Below, piece by piece: positions 42,605 to 52,930 of a stretch of DNA of 64,000 nt. The stretch comes from an uncultured candidate division Zixibacteria bacterium (GTDB lineage: Bacteria; Zixibacteria; MSB-5A5; RBG-16-43-9): positions 1,312,001 to 1,376,000 of the forward strand of contig OY970208.1 in NCBI GenBank assembly GCA_963713865.1, written 5' to 3'. Position 1 is the first letter of the stretch. Every line of letters starts with the position of its first letter. A program made the translations under genes and the position numbers. The notes below the pieces were generated by a model that saw only the letters and a program-made list of their open reading frames with translations, did no database searches and was not told the origin of the DNA.

Positions 42605-43213
42605 TTACAAAGTCTCCTTCAAAGCTTTTATCCTTTGCATTATTTCCCGGGTAATCCTCTGGTATCCTTCTTTGTTTTCAGGGATTGGAGAAAGCGAGTC
42701 CGGGTCAAAAGGAGAACCGAACTTGATTATAATCTTTCTTCTCTGCAAAAAGGATTTCAGCCAATTTCTGGAATAATCCAGATAGGCAGGCACAATCGGC
42801 ACCTTTGCTTCTAAGGCAAGTTTAGCCACGCCCAATTTAAGCTCCTTCAAGTTTCCATCTACACTCCTGGTTCCTTCTGGAAAAACTAACAAGGCTTTTC
42901 CTGCTCGGAGTATCTCAGCCGCTTTATGTAATCCCTTTCTATCGAAACTCCCCCGAGAAATCGGGATAGAATTTACCTTCTTTAATAGCCAGCCGAGCAA
43001 AGGTTTTTTAAACAGTTCTATTTTTGCCAGATAATAAAGCTCTCTGGGACTGGTACAACCGATTAAAAAAGGGTCATACAGGTCTATATGGTTAGAAGCA
43101 ATCAGGACTCCTCCTTTTAAGGGGATATACTCTCTCCCCTGTTTTTCCCATCCACGTAAAACCTTCATGGTCAAGTTAATCAGAGCCCTGACCACTCGGT
43201 AATGAAATTTCAT
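42605..43213 (-). CDS. plsC: 1-acyl-sn-glycerol-3-phosphate acyltransferase
   Basis: NHIDLYD (NHxxxxD), FPEGTRS. Confidence 0.9.
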   Translation of the reverse strand: MKFHYRVVRALINLTMKVLRGWEKQGREYIPLKGGVLIASNHIDLYDPFLIGCTSPRELYYLAKIELFKKPLLGWLLKKVNSIPISRGSFDRKGLHKAAEILRAGKALLVFPEGTRSVDGNLKELKLGVAKLALEAKVPIVPAYLDYSRNWLKSFLQRRKIIIKFGSPFDPDSLSPIPENKEGYQRITREIMQRIKALKETL

Positions 43214-43883
43214 TCTTTTTCCTCAACTCATATAGCTGGATAACCTTATCCACCTGTTCCTCGATAGACAGGTTAGTGGTATCGACTATAACAGCTTCTT
43301 TGTCTTTTTTCAAAGGGCTATTCTCCCTTTCGGAATCGATTTTATCCCTTTTGGATAGTTCTTTAATCTGTTCTTCAATAGAGGTATTGATTCCTTTATC
43401 TTTAAGTTCCAGCATTCTCCTTTTAGCTCTTTCCTGCAGGTTGCAGTCTAAATAAACTTTTAAACTTGCTTCTGGAAATACAACTGTGGTCGTGTCCCTG
43501 CCCTCCGTCACTAAATTATGCTTTTTACCCAGCTCTTTTTGTTTGGCTACCAGTGCGATTCTAACTTCCTTATGCACGGAGACCTTAGACACAATCTGGT
43601 TGACCTTTGGTTCACGGATCAACCCGGTAACATCCTCTCCATCCAGCAGCACTTTATTGACTCCATTCTCTTCTACCAGGTCAAGCTTTGAATTCCTGGC
43701 GAACTGACTCAGTTTTTTCTCATCCGGTGGATTTATTTTGTTCCTTAGAGCTTTCAGGGCAATGGCTCGATACATTGCTCCGGTATCTAAATAGATAAAG
43801 CCTAATTTTTTAGCAACCAATTTTGCAGTGGTGCTTTTCCCTGAACCGGCTGGGCCATCTATGGCTATTATCTCTTTTTTCAT
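43176..43883 (-). CDS. cmk: Cytidylate kinase
   Basis: IAIDGPAGSGKST, DTGAMYR, EGRD..TVVFP, RD..D..R..SPL. Confidence 0.96.
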   Translation of the reverse strand: MKKEIIAIDGPAGSGKSTTAKLVAKKLGFIYLDTGAMYRAIALKALRNKINPPDEKKLSQFARNSKLDLVEENGVNKVLLDGEDVTGLIREPKVNQIVSKVSVHKEVRIALVAKQKELGKKHNLVTEGRDTTTVVFPEASLKVYLDCNLQERAKRRMLELKDKGINTSIEEQIKELSKRDKIDSERENSPLKKDKEAVIVDTTNLSIEEQVDKVIQLYELRKKNEISLPSGQGSD

Positions 43884-43964
43884 CTGCAAAAGAAAACGCC
43901 CGTCTGATTTTGCTTCACACCAAGAAAACCCTGTCTTATACTTAAGAATTTAATGGGCGTTGCC

Positions 43965-44621
43965 TTAAAGTTCTTCTTTTATCCCTTCAGAGGGGAGGTT
44001 TATGGCTAAACTCCCTTCCAAGTTCAATTCCTTTATCCTTTCCTCTTTCTCCTCTGTTGAAAAGATAGAATTCTCTTTTTTCTCTTTCGCCTGAAGCAAG
44101 GACTCAAGCTCCTCTATCCGGGGCAGGTCTTTTAAATCTTTCAATCCGAAATAGATTAAAAACTCCTCAGTAGTCCCATAGATTAAAGGGCGCCCTACGC
44201 TTTCATCCCGTCCCAGGATAGTTATGAATTTTCTCTCCAGCAGGGTATGAATCACTCCACCGGAATCCACTCCCCTTATCTGGTCTATGGTCGATTTGAC
44301 CACTGGCTGGCGATAGGCAATTATAGCCAGAGTCTCGAGCCCTGCATGAGAAAGCCTCTGGGCTTTTTTCAAAGAATAAAGCTGGTTTATCCAGGGAGCA
44401 TATTCCGACCGGGTATACATCTGATACCCCCCGGCTATTTCCCGGATAGCAAAGCTCTGATTATTTTCCTGGTATCTCCTATTCAGCTCCTCAATCAGCT
44501 CTTTTATTCTATCATCTGGAAGCTCATTCAGGACCGCTTTCAGTTTGTTTAGGGATAGGGGAGTATCAGAGGCAAAAAGCAGAGCCTCGATGATTGAGGG
44601 GTAATTTGATTCCTTTAACAA
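43965..44621 (-). CDS. scpB: SMC-Scp complex subunit ScpB
   Basis: IEALLF, LETLAIIAYRQP, IRGV, GRP..YGTT..FL.YFGL..L.DLP. Confidence 0.96.
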   Translation of the reverse strand: MLKESNYPSIIEALLFASDTPLSLNKLKAVLNELPDDRIKELIEELNRRYQENNQSFAIREIAGGYQMYTRSEYAPWINQLYSLKKAQRLSHAGLETLAIIAYRQPVVKSTIDQIRGVDSGGVIHTLLERKFITILGRDESVGRPLIYGTTEEFLIYFGLKDLKDLPRIEELESLLQAKEKKENSIFSTEEKEERIKELNLEGSLAINLPSEGIKEEL

Positions 44622-44624
44622 TTT

Positions 44625-45377
44625 TCACCCTTTTTTGTTTCTATAGATTAATATCCTGGAGAAATGTCTCCTCTGAACTATTTTTATTTCCTGTAGCCGA
44701 ACTAACTCCAGCAGAGCCATAAAGGTTACCACTAAAATCAAGCGAATAGGATTATCCTGAAACAACTCCTCAAAACTGACCTTTTCCCTTTCTGAGAGAT
44801 AATCCAGGATATACTGAATCCTCTGTTCCAGATCAACCTTTTGAAAGTTGATAGTATGAGAACTTTCCCGGGGCAGGTTGTCCAGGACTTTTTTGAAAGC
44901 GGTAAGAAGGTCGAAAAGGTCTGCTTCCTTTAAAAATTCTATTTTATTTTCCACTTCTAAATAAGAGAAATCTGAGCGAGGATAAAAAACCTGTTCCTCT
45001 TCCTCTTTTCTATGGAGAAGTTCAGCCGCTTCTTTATATTTTTTGTACTCCAGTAGAGCATTTACCAGCTCATCCCTCGGGTCTTCCTCTTCAATTTCGT
45101 TTTCCTCACGAGGGAGAAGCATTTTAATCTTTATACGGATGAGGGTGGAGGCCATAAGGATAAACTCGCTGGCTAAATCCAAGTCAAGCTTTTTTATCAG
45201 TTCGATATATTCCAGGTATTGCCGGGTGATCAAAGCAATAGGAATATCGTAAATATCTATCTTATCCTTCCTTATCAGGAAAAGAAGCAGGTCTAAAGGT
45301 CCTTCAAAGATTTCTAATTTTACGGGGAAGGAAACTTTTTTTTCAATCTGGGCTTCAACTTCCTGCGGGAAAATCAT
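44625..45377 (-). CDS. scpA: Segregation/condensation protein ScpA
   Basis: FEGPLDLLL.LI, DIYDIPI, EDPR, TFMALLEL. Confidence 0.96.
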   Translation of the reverse strand: MIFPQEVEAQIEKKVSFPVKLEIFEGPLDLLLFLIRKDKIDIYDIPIALITRQYLEYIELIKKLDLDLASEFILMASTLIRIKIKMLLPREENEIEEEDPRDELVNALLEYKKYKEAAELLHRKEEEEQVFYPRSDFSYLEVENKIEFLKEADLFDLLTAFKKVLDNLPRESSHTINFQKVDLEQRIQYILDYLSEREKVSFEELFQDNPIRLILVVTFMALLELVRLQEIKIVQRRHFSRILIYRNKKG

Positions 45378-46345
45378 GGCATCAACCTCATAGCTTTCCT
45401 TACGTCCTTCATAGTTTTCTGGGCTTTAGCTCTTGCCTTTTCAGCCCCTTCTCTTAAAACTTTTAAAATCGTTTCCGGATCATTTTCCAGCTCATTCCTT
45501 TTTTCCCGCACAGGTTGCAGTTTTTGATTCATATTCTTAGCCAGGTTCTTTTTATCCTCAACACAGCCTAATTTGCCAGTAGAACAGAGGGTGTGTATTT
45601 CCTGATAGTTCTCGCTATAGATTTTATGCAGGTGATAGACCGGGCATAGATCTGGTCTGCCGGGATCGTTTTTGTGAATCTTCTGAGGATCGGTGAACAT
45701 TTTGGAGACTTTCTTGGTTGTTTCTTCAGCGGTATCAGCTATGGCGATATCATTGTTATAGGATTTGCTCATCTTCCTTCCATCTATTCCCGGAATAAGA
45801 GGGAATTTAGTCAGTAACGCCTCCGGCTCCGGGAAAACCTCACCGTAAAGCGAGTTGAATTTCCGGGCAACTTCTCGGGTAAGCTCAATATGAGGCAACT
45901 GGTCTTTTCCAACCGGGACACAATCGGCTTTATAAACTAAAATATCTGCAGCCTGGAGCAGAGGGTATCCTAAAAATCCGTAGCTATCCAAACCCAGCTC
46001 TTTTCTTTTCTCTTTATAAGAAGGGACCCGGGCCAAGCGGGCAACCGGGGTAATCATAGAGAAAAGAAGATGCAATTCCGCATGCTCTTTGACCTGTGAT
46101 TGAACGAAGATAGCACATATCTCCGGATCTAATCCGGCTGAGAGGTAATCCAAGGTTACCTCTTTTATCTGTTCCTGCAAATGTGAGGTATCGTTATAAT
46201 CCGAGGTTAAAGAATGCCAGTCAACAATACAGCAATACATCTGGTAATCGTTTTGTAAAGCGACCCAGTTTTTAAGAGCGCCTTCCAAATTACCCAGATG
46301 CAACCTTCCGGTTGGCTGCATCCCGCTTAGTATGGTCTTTTTCAT
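45374..46345 (-). CDS. trpS: Tryptophan--tRNA ligase
   Basis: SGMQPTG.LHLGN, YPLLQAADIL, VPVGKDQ..H.E, KMSKS. Confidence 0.97.
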   Translation of the reverse strand: MKKTILSGMQPTGRLHLGNLEGALKNWVALQNDYQMYCCIVDWHSLTSDYNDTSHLQEQIKEVTLDYLSAGLDPEICAIFVQSQVKEHAELHLLFSMITPVARLARVPSYKEKRKELGLDSYGFLGYPLLQAADILVYKADCVPVGKDQLPHIELTREVARKFNSLYGEVFPEPEALLTKFPLIPGIDGRKMSKSYNNDIAIADTAEETTKKVSKMFTDPQKIHKNDPGRPDLCPVYHLHKIYSENYQEIHTLCSTGKLGCVEDKKNLAKNMNQKLQPVREKRNELENDPETILKVLREGAEKARAKAQKTMKDVRKAMRLMP

Positions 46346-46368
46346 TTTTTCCTTTCAGATCCTATTAT

Positions 46369-46881
46369 CTAATCCAGAAAAAGATATTGTTTCCAGCGGT
46401 CGTCAGAGATGCCGATAAATCGCTGGAGAAAGGTTATATGATTAGGGCTTTTGGGCTTGCGCAAAAGCTTTAACCCGGCCTGCTCCGGGGTTTGATTCCC
46501 TTTGATATTATTGCATTTAATACAGGCACAAACTAAATTCTCCCAGGTATCTTTACCTCCGAAAATCTTGGGTATAACGTGATCCACGGTCATAGGGAGG
46601 TGAGTCTCTCCGCAGTATTGACAGCGATGCCCATCCCGTTTGATGATGTTTTTTCTGGAAAGCAAGACTCTTTTGGGCGGGACTTTGATATAGAATCCCA
46701 AACGCACCACGCTGGGAATGGGTATGGACAAAGTTACCGAGCGAATCGTCTCCCCATCGTTTTTCTCGATCATCTCCGCTTTGCCTAAAAAAATCATCAC
46801 CACTGCCCTTTTCACGCTGCAAACCGAGAGGGGCTCATAATTTTGATTTAAAACCAATACGTTTCCTGAAAGCCTGCTCAT
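46369..46881 (-). CDS. HNH endonuclease family protein
   Basis: VLVLNQNYEPL, RD..RCQYCG, TVDHVIP...GG..WENLV.AC..CN..KG. Confidence 0.92.
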   Translation of the reverse strand: MSRLSGNVLVLNQNYEPLSVCSVKRAVVMIFLGKAEMIEKNDGETIRSVTLSIPIPSVVRLGFYIKVPPKRVLLSRKNIIKRDGHRCQYCGETHLPMTVDHVIPKIFGGKDTWENLVCACIKCNNIKGNQTPEQAGLKLLRKPKSPNHITFLQRFIGISDDRWKQYLFLD

Positions 46882-46918
46882 ATGCTAAAAACACCTTCCT
46901 ACCGCTATATTTTTTATT

Positions 46919-46946
46919 AATTTATATCTTTTTTTGGGGATGTCAA
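46919..46946 (-). promoter_or_regulatory. Sigma-70-like promoter for HNH-trpS-...-rpsA string
   Basis: Minus strand TTGACA-N16-TAAATT. Confidence 0.5.
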
Positions 46947-47299
46947 ATAATTTTTTCAAATATGACACCAGTAGCGGAGGTTTTCAGACCTCCATATGGT
47001 AAGACGTGAGATGGAAGATGTAAGATGATAAAAATGTAGTCGATAAAACCTTACGATAGATAAGGTGTCAACCAGTGCTTTGCACATGGTTGACCTACAA
47101 AATAGGACTGGATGTTGGTCTCCAAACCAGCATCCTGACTTTTAGTGGGTAGAACATCAAAATAATGGACAGAATCCGCCTGAGGCGGATTCTGTCCCTA
47201 CCAGAAATCCCCTTCTTTTTTTCTTGCTTACCCCAATCGTTTTTGATATTTTGAAAAAGTTCCGTATTCTATTAAGGAAATTTTGAGGAGCGGTTTTAA

Positions 47300-50200
47300 A
47301 TGTCTGAAAATATAATAACCAAAATCTTCGGCTCCAAACACGAGCGGGATATAAAGAAGATCAAGCCGATAGTTGAAGAGATAAATTCTAATTTCGAGGG
47401 GTATGTATCTCTTTCAGACGAGGAACTCAAAGGTAAAACCGGGGAGTTCAAGCAGAGGATAAAGGAGTATTTAGAGCCTTACCAAACTGAAGGAACCCCG
47501 GCTGATGAATTGAAGAAGGCTGAACAGGAGATTTTAGACCAGGTTCTGCCTGAGGCTTTTGCAGTGGTTAAAGAGACCTGCAAAAGGCTGGTGGGGAAAA
47601 AGTGGGAGGTCTGCGGCATCGAGATCGATTGGGATATGGTCCCCTTTGACGTGCAGTTGATCGGAGCAGTAGTCCTGCATCAGGGTAAGATTTCCGAGAT
47701 GGCAACCGGTGAAGGGAAAACATTAGTTGCCACTATGCCTATTTATCTTAATGCTCTCTCAGGTAAAGGGGTTCATTTAGTCACGGTGAACGATTATCTG
47801 GCAAAAAGGGATTCCCAGTGGATGGGAGAAATCTACAAATTTTTAGGTCTGACTGTAGGGTGTATTCAGAATGAGATGGACAATGCGGAAAGAAAAATCC
47901 AGTATAACTGCGATATCACTTACGGGACCAATAATGAATTCGGGTTCGATTATCTAAGGGATAATATGGCCATCAGGGCGGAGGACCGGGTGCAAAGAGG
48001 TTTTTACTATGCCATCGTGGATGAGGTGGACAGCGTTTTAGTCGATGAAGCCAGAACTCCACTGATTATCTCCGGGCCGGTTACTTCCTCCACTCAGAGA
48101 TATAATGAGATGAAGCCTCTGGTGGACCAACTGGTTAAAAAGCAGACGGTTTTAGTTAATAAATTAGTAGCTGAAGGGGAGGAGCTTCTTAAAGAGGGGA
48201 AAGAATATGAAGCCGGGATAAAGCTTTTGACTGCTCAGAGGGGTGCTCCCAAGAACAAAAAGCTGATGAAGCTATTAAAAGAGACCGGGGTAAAAAAAAT
48301 GATCACCGGTGTGGAACTGGACTTTATGCGGGAGAAAAAACTTAGCGAGATAGACGATCTTCTCTACTTTTCCATAGATGAGAGGGAGAGTTCCACCAAC
48401 TTAAATGAGATGGGTCGCTCTCTTCTTTCCCCGCAGGAACAGGCTCTTTTTGTTATCCCGGATATAACTGAAGGGATTCACGAGATAGATTCTAATCCTG
48501 ATCTTTCCTTTCAGGAGAAAATAGAGAAGAAGGAAGAGCTTTACAGATTGCATGCAGAAAGAAGCGAGAAGGTTCATAATATCTCCCAGATTTTAAAAGC
48601 TTATTCTCTATTTGAGAGGGACGTGGAATACGTGGTTCAGGATGGAAAAGTATTAATCGTGGATGAGTTCACTGGCAGGCTTATGCCGGGAAGAAGGTAT
48701 TCGGATGGTTTACATCAGGCCATTGAAGCCAAAGAAGGGGTGAAGGTTGAAGGTGAAACCCAGACTTTAGCTACCATAACCCTGCAGAACTATTTCCGGC
48801 TTTATCAGAAATTAGCCGGTATGACCGGCACTGCGGTAACTGAAGCAGGAGAGTTCTGGGAAATCTATAAATTAGACGTAGTGGTTATCCCTACTAACGA
48901 GCCGGTCAGGAGGATAGATTATAATGACGTGGTCTACCGGACTAAAAGAGAGAAGTATAATGCCATTATTGAGGAGATAAAAGAATATCACCAGGCCGGA
49001 CTTCCGATCTTAGTCGGTACGGTTTCAGTAGATGTCTCAGAGACTTTATCCCGGGTGCTGAAAAGGGAGGGGATAAAACATTCGGTCCTGAATGCCAAGT
49101 ATCACCAGCAGGAGGCGGAGATCGTATCTCAGGCTGGTAAATCCGGGACGGTTACCATTGCCACCAATATGGCGGGAAGAGGGACAGATATAAAATTAGG
49201 TCAAGATGTGGTAAAATCACCGTATTGTAGATTAATAGCAGAAAACCCTGAGGGTCAATGTCCTCATTTAGAGGAGTTGAAATGTTACGAGAATGTTCCC
49301 TGCGGTCTGCATATCCTCGGAACGGAAAGGCACGAAGCTCGTAGGATAGATCGGCAGTTAAGAGGCAGAAGCGGCAGGCAGGGGGATCCGGGTTCATCCA
49401 GATTTTATCTTTCATTGGAAGATGACCTGATGAGACTTTTTGGCTCGGATAGAATAGCCGCGGTTATGGATAGATTAGGAGTAAAAGATGGGGAGGTTAT
49501 CCAGCACGGAATGGTGACTAAAGCCATAGAGAGGGCACAGAAAAGAGTAGAGGCACAGAACTTTGCCATCCGAAAACATCTTTTGGAATATGATAACGTG
49601 ATGAACCAGCAGAGGGAGGTTATTTACGACCGCAGGGCAGTCGCATTAGAAGGCGCAGATTTGAAAGAGGAGGTTCTGGGTCTAATCGAGAAGGTGGTGG
49701 AAAGCAAAGTTAATCAATTTACCGGTTCAAACGAATATCCGGAGAACTGGAATCTGACTGGTCTCAGGGAAGAGCTCAGGAAGATATTTTTACTGGAGCT
49801 TAAGTTCAAGGATGAGGATATTCCTAAATTAACTCAAAATGAATTAAAGGAAAAGATAACTTCTGTGGTGAAGGAGATTTACGAGAATAAGGAGAAGGCT
49901 TATAGCTCTGAGATAATGAGGCAGTTGGAGAGATTTGCTATGCTTCAGGCAATAGACGAGAGCTGGAAAGAACATTTATATGAACTGGATATGTTGAAAA
50001 CCGGAATAGGATTGAGAGCTTATGGTCAAAAGGACCCTCTTTTAGAATACAAGAAAGAAGCCTTCCAGATGTTTGCGGAGATGGTGGACAGGGTAGATGA
50101 AGAGGCTTTATCTTTAATTTATAAATTACAGGTCAGGGAAAAAGAAGAGCAGGCCAGAAGAAGAGAGCCGGAAAAAAGGCTGCAGGCGATTCATCAGGAA

Positions 50201-50350
50201 GCAGCAGGGATGGGTTATTCCACTACCAACCAGGCAGAAGAGGTAGCTCCGGGTAAGTCCAAACCGGTAAAAGTTGGACAAAAAGTAGGCAGAAACGACC
50301 CCTGCCCCTGCGGGTCCGGGAAGAAGTATAAGAAGTGCTGTGGAGCGTGA
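47300..50350 (+). CDS. secA: Preprotein translocase subunit SecA
   Basis: MATGEGKT, DEVD, TNMAGRGTDI, QLRGRSGRQGDPG, C-terminal GRNDPCPCGSGKKYKKCC. Confidence 0.98.
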   Translation: MSENIITKIFGSKHERDIKKIKPIVEEINSNFEGYVSLSDEELKGKTGEFKQRIKEYLEPYQTEGTPADELKKAEQEILDQVLPEAFAVVKETCKRLVGKKWEVCGIEIDWDMVPFDVQLIGAVVLHQGKISEMATGEGKTLVATMPIYLNALSGKGVHLVTVNDYLAKRDSQWMGEIYKFLGLTVGCIQNEMDNAERKIQYNCDITYGTNNEFGFDYLRDNMAIRAEDRVQRGFYYAIVDEVDSVLVDEARTPLIISGPVTSSTQRYNEMKPLVDQLVKKQTVLVNKLVAEGEELLKEGKEYEAGIKLLTAQRGAPKNKKLMKLLKETGVKKMITGVELDFMREKKLSEIDDLLYFSIDERESSTNLNEMGRSLLSPQEQALFVIPDITEGIHEIDSNPDLSFQEKIEKKEELYRLHAERSEKVHNISQILKAYSLFERDVEYVVQDGKVLIVDEFTGRLMPGRRYSDGLHQAIEAKEGVKVEGETQTLATITLQNYFRLYQKLAGMTGTAVTEAGEFWEIYKLDVVVIPTNEPVRRIDYNDVVYRTKREKYNAIIEEIKEYHQAGLPILVGTVSVDVSETLSRVLKREGIKHSVLNAKYHQQEAEIVSQAGKSGTVTIATNMAGRGTDIKLGQDVVKSPYCRLIAENPEGQCPHLEELKCYENVPCGLHILGTERHEARRIDRQLRGRSGRQGDPGSSRFYLSLEDDLMRLFGSDRIAAVMDRLGVKDGEVIQHGMVTKAIERAQKRVEAQNFAIRKHLLEYDNVMNQQREVIYDRRAVALEGADLKEEVLGLIEKVVESKVNQFTGSNEYPENWNLTGLREELRKIFLLELKFKDEDIPKLTQNELKEKITSVVKEIYENKEKAYSSEIMRQLERFAMLQAIDESWKEHLYELDMLKTGIGLRAYGQKDPLLEYKKEAFQMFAEMVDRVDEEALSLIYKLQVREKEEQARRREPEKRLQAIHQEAAGMGYSTTNQAEEVAPGKSKPVKVGQKVGRNDPCPCGSGKKYKKCCGA

Positions 50351-50426
50351 AAACAGTGATTAGATTTGAAAAAACGGAGTGCATTAGCTTGTCGAATTTG
50401 ACCTTGAGGCTGATGCTTTTTCAAAA

Positions 50427-50690
50427 ACGCAAGAGCAAGCTCTTGCACTACAGCTTAGTGGTTAGTTGTAGCGTCCGCAGGATGATGTAGAGAAAATGGT
50501 AGACCCACGTTGCCCACAACGTGGGTTAGCCCACCTTGAGGGCGAGGTGGGGATACCAGATTATGTAGCGTCGGGCTTTACACCCGACGAGGTTTTGGTC
50601 GTAGCGTCCGACGATTCTGTCGGACGAATGTAGCGCGACCCTTTCAGGGTCGGAAAAAATGTAGGGATAACTCTTTGTGGTTGTCCATAC
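50427..50690. repeat. Composite REP-like cluster downstream of secA
   Basis: ACCCACGTTGCCCACAACGTGGGT, CCCACCTTGAGGGCGAGGTGGG, GTAGCGTCGGG.., GTAGCGTCCGAC.., GTAGCGCGACCC..; partly repeated at 52675-52745. Confidence 0.8.
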
Positions 50691-50736
50691 TTAAAAGTGC
50701 CTTATAGGCACTTGAGATTTTTGAGAAAGAGAAATC

Positions 50737-51165
50737 ATGAGTTTATTGGATAAACTAAAATTTAATCTTTGGGATGATGCAGATGCTATTGTTGGCCTAA
50801 TCTCTAAGTGGCAACCAAAGAACTGCAAAACAGAGAAAGACTTTGAGAAGTCCCTTTATGATTACCTGCATCGGGAGCTTGGGAATCTTCAGATTACCAG
50901 GCAAAATGCTCGTGGAAGAATTCGCGCCGATCTTGTGGTAGCTGATAAGGTCATCATTGAGCTAAAAACAAATCTCGATACGACATCCAAACTTCAACGC
51001 CTAATTGGTCAACTTAATGGTTATGAAAGCTGGGAAGGTAGGGTCATAGTCCTTCTTACCGGGAAAACAGACCCTAATCTTAGAAAGGAGCTTGATCGCT
51101 TCGTGAAGAAATACGAACCAGTCTTTCCTACTGAACCAATGAGGTTTGTTGTTGCTCAAAAGTAA
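50737..51165 (+). CDS. Hypothetical protein, PD-(D/E)XK/GxxExxY-like nuclease fold
   Basis: E..FE.SL...L, RADLVV.DKVIIELK, GQL..Y. Confidence 0.6.
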   Translation: MSLLDKLKFNLWDDADAIVGLISKWQPKNCKTEKDFEKSLYDYLHRELGNLQITRQNARGRIRADLVVADKVIIELKTNLDTTSKLQRLIGQLNGYESWEGRVIVLLTGKTDPNLRKELDRFVKKYEPVFPTEPMRFVVAQK

Positions 51166-51305
51166 CCTTTTTGGCTGAGGTGGTTTCCATTGAATGAGCT
51201 AACCCACAGCCTGCCAGTATGGATTGCCTATAACGTGGGTTGTATAATATTCCTCCTTGAGGGCAAGGTGGGTATACGAAATAATTTAATAATAGGTAGT
51301 GTAAG

Positions 51306-51890
51306 ATGGAGAAATTGGATGTTGTCCTTGCAGAATATAAAGCTTTAATGGATGAAATTAGGAATAGGTTTAGTCTTCAGCTTCAAGTCTACTCGATCTA
51401 TGCTTCAGCTTTATTGCTTTTCTACGGAATAATAGTCACGCAAAGAGCCTATGACCTAATAATGGCTATACCAATTTTTTCACTTGGTTTATTACTCAGA
51501 GTGCTCTGGGAGCAAGTAGTTATCAGAGAAATAAGTCAATATATACGTAATGTCATAGAAGAAAACAAAATTCCGGTGCTGGTTGGGGAAATAAATATAG
51601 AACACAAAGAAATAAATAAAAATGACGAGCTTGACTACACGAATCTATGGATAGGATGGCAACAGTACTGGAAGGCAACTTCACATCCAAAATACTATAA
51701 ACACTCTTTAATTATATTATTTCCTCTATTTTCGATTGTCCCGTCACTTTTATATAATATTTACAGTATTCTTGCACCTTGGCTAGATTTACGAATAGTT
51801 ACAAGACTTCCCATGGGAATTCTGGTGTCTCTTTTAATTATTAATTTCTCACTAGGTTGTTATATGAGTTATAAGATTATTAAGATGTGA
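51306..51890 (+). CDS. Hypothetical membrane protein (~4 TM)
   Basis: 194 aa ORF; LAEYKAL.DEI..R N-terminus then hydrophobic pairs. Confidence 0.65.
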   Translation: MEKLDVVLAEYKALMDEIRNRFSLQLQVYSIYASALLLFYGIIVTQRAYDLIMAIPIFSLGLLLRVLWEQVVIREISQYIRNVIEENKIPVLVGEINIEHKEINKNDELDYTNLWIGWQQYWKATSHPKYYKHSLIILFPLFSIVPSLLYNIYSILAPWLDLRIVTRLPMGILVSLLIINFSLGCYMSYKIIKM

Positions 51891-52093
51891 TCATTTTTCA
51901 TGTGCTGTTAGGTGTTACCACCTGACAGCCTTATAGATTCATTTGGTGTCAGGAGGTAACTCCTGACACCAGAGTAGCACAAAAAAGGATATTTTAACGT
52001 GTCCGCCAGGTCCCCTGACCTGGCGGGAGTTCTCTGTCGGGTCAGGGGACCCGACAGGCACTCAATAGACAAGATTGTTTTGGAGTTTAAAAA

Positions 52094-52669
52094 ATGAATC
52101 TCAGCATAATCTTTCTTTTAATCTCTTTAGTCTGGATAATTTCAGAAGTTATCTTGGCAAGAGTAAAACATTCTAAGACAAAAGACTCAAAAGGGCTGGA
52201 TAAATCTTCCTTAAGATTTTTGTGGACGACAATAATTATATGCATTTTAATCGGGGTCTTTTTAGGGGTTTGGAGGGTTGGTTGGAGGATTGGCTATATC
52301 CCTGTAAAATTCATTTCACTGGTGGGATTAGTTTTAATCATTCTGGGATTAATTGTCAGATGGACGGCTATTCTTACTTTGAAAAAATATTTTACAGTGG
52401 ATGTGTCTATTTTAAAAGAACACAAAATCATCGATAAAGGCATCTATAAATTTATTCGTCATCCAGCTTATGCAGGAAGTTTGCTTTCGTTTCTTGGATT
52501 AGGGTTAGCTTTCTCAAACTGGTTAAGCACGCTGGTTATATTTATACCGATATTAGGTGCTTTCATTTATAGAATTCGAGTTGAAGAAAAAGCTCTTATA
52601 CAGGCTTTTGGAGAGGAGTATATAAATTACTCCAAAACGACCAAAAAGTTAATTCCTGTAATATATTGA
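52094..52669 (+). CDS. Isoprenylcysteine carboxyl methyltransferase (ICMT/Ste14) family
   Basis: GIYKFIRHPAYAG, RIRVEE..L...FG..Y..Y. Confidence 0.9.
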   Translation: MNLSIIFLLISLVWIISEVILARVKHSKTKDSKGLDKSSLRFLWTTIIICILIGVFLGVWRVGWRIGYIPVKFISLVGLVLIILGLIVRWTAILTLKKYFTVDVSILKEHKIIDKGIYKFIRHPAYAGSLLSFLGLGLAFSNWLSTLVIFIPILGAFIYRIRVEEKALIQAFGEEYINYSKTTKKLIPVIY

Positions 52670-52674
52670 AAACA

Positions 52675-52914
52675 GTGGTTAGTTAGTAGACCCACATTGC
52701 CCACAATGTGGGTAACCCACCTTGAGGGCAAGGTGGGGATACGAGGTTAGTGGTCAGTGATTAGTAGCGTCCGCAGGACGATGAAAAACGTTTGGGATAA
52801 ACCCAGACGCTACGAAAAAAAAGTAGTGTGACCCTTTTCCTATAACGGAGACTACGTCTGCCGTAGGCACCGCAGGACAGGGTCACTCAAGCGAGGCTAA
52901 AAGCCTTACAATAC
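52675..52914. repeat. Composite REP-like cluster; 52748-52914 is a direct repeat of 53432-53621
   Basis: Shared TAGTGG.CAGTGA..AGTAGC.TCCGCAGGACGA...GGGATAAACCCAGACGCTACGAAAAAAA.GTAGTG...CAAGCGAGGCT. Confidence 0.85.
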
Positions 52915-52930
52915 GAAACTGATTAAAGAT

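Noticed and set aside
46369-46881. HNH gene as a mobile homing endonuclease
   Set aside because: No flanking duplication or intron context; looks like the widespread chromosomal HNH family heading a housekeeping string.
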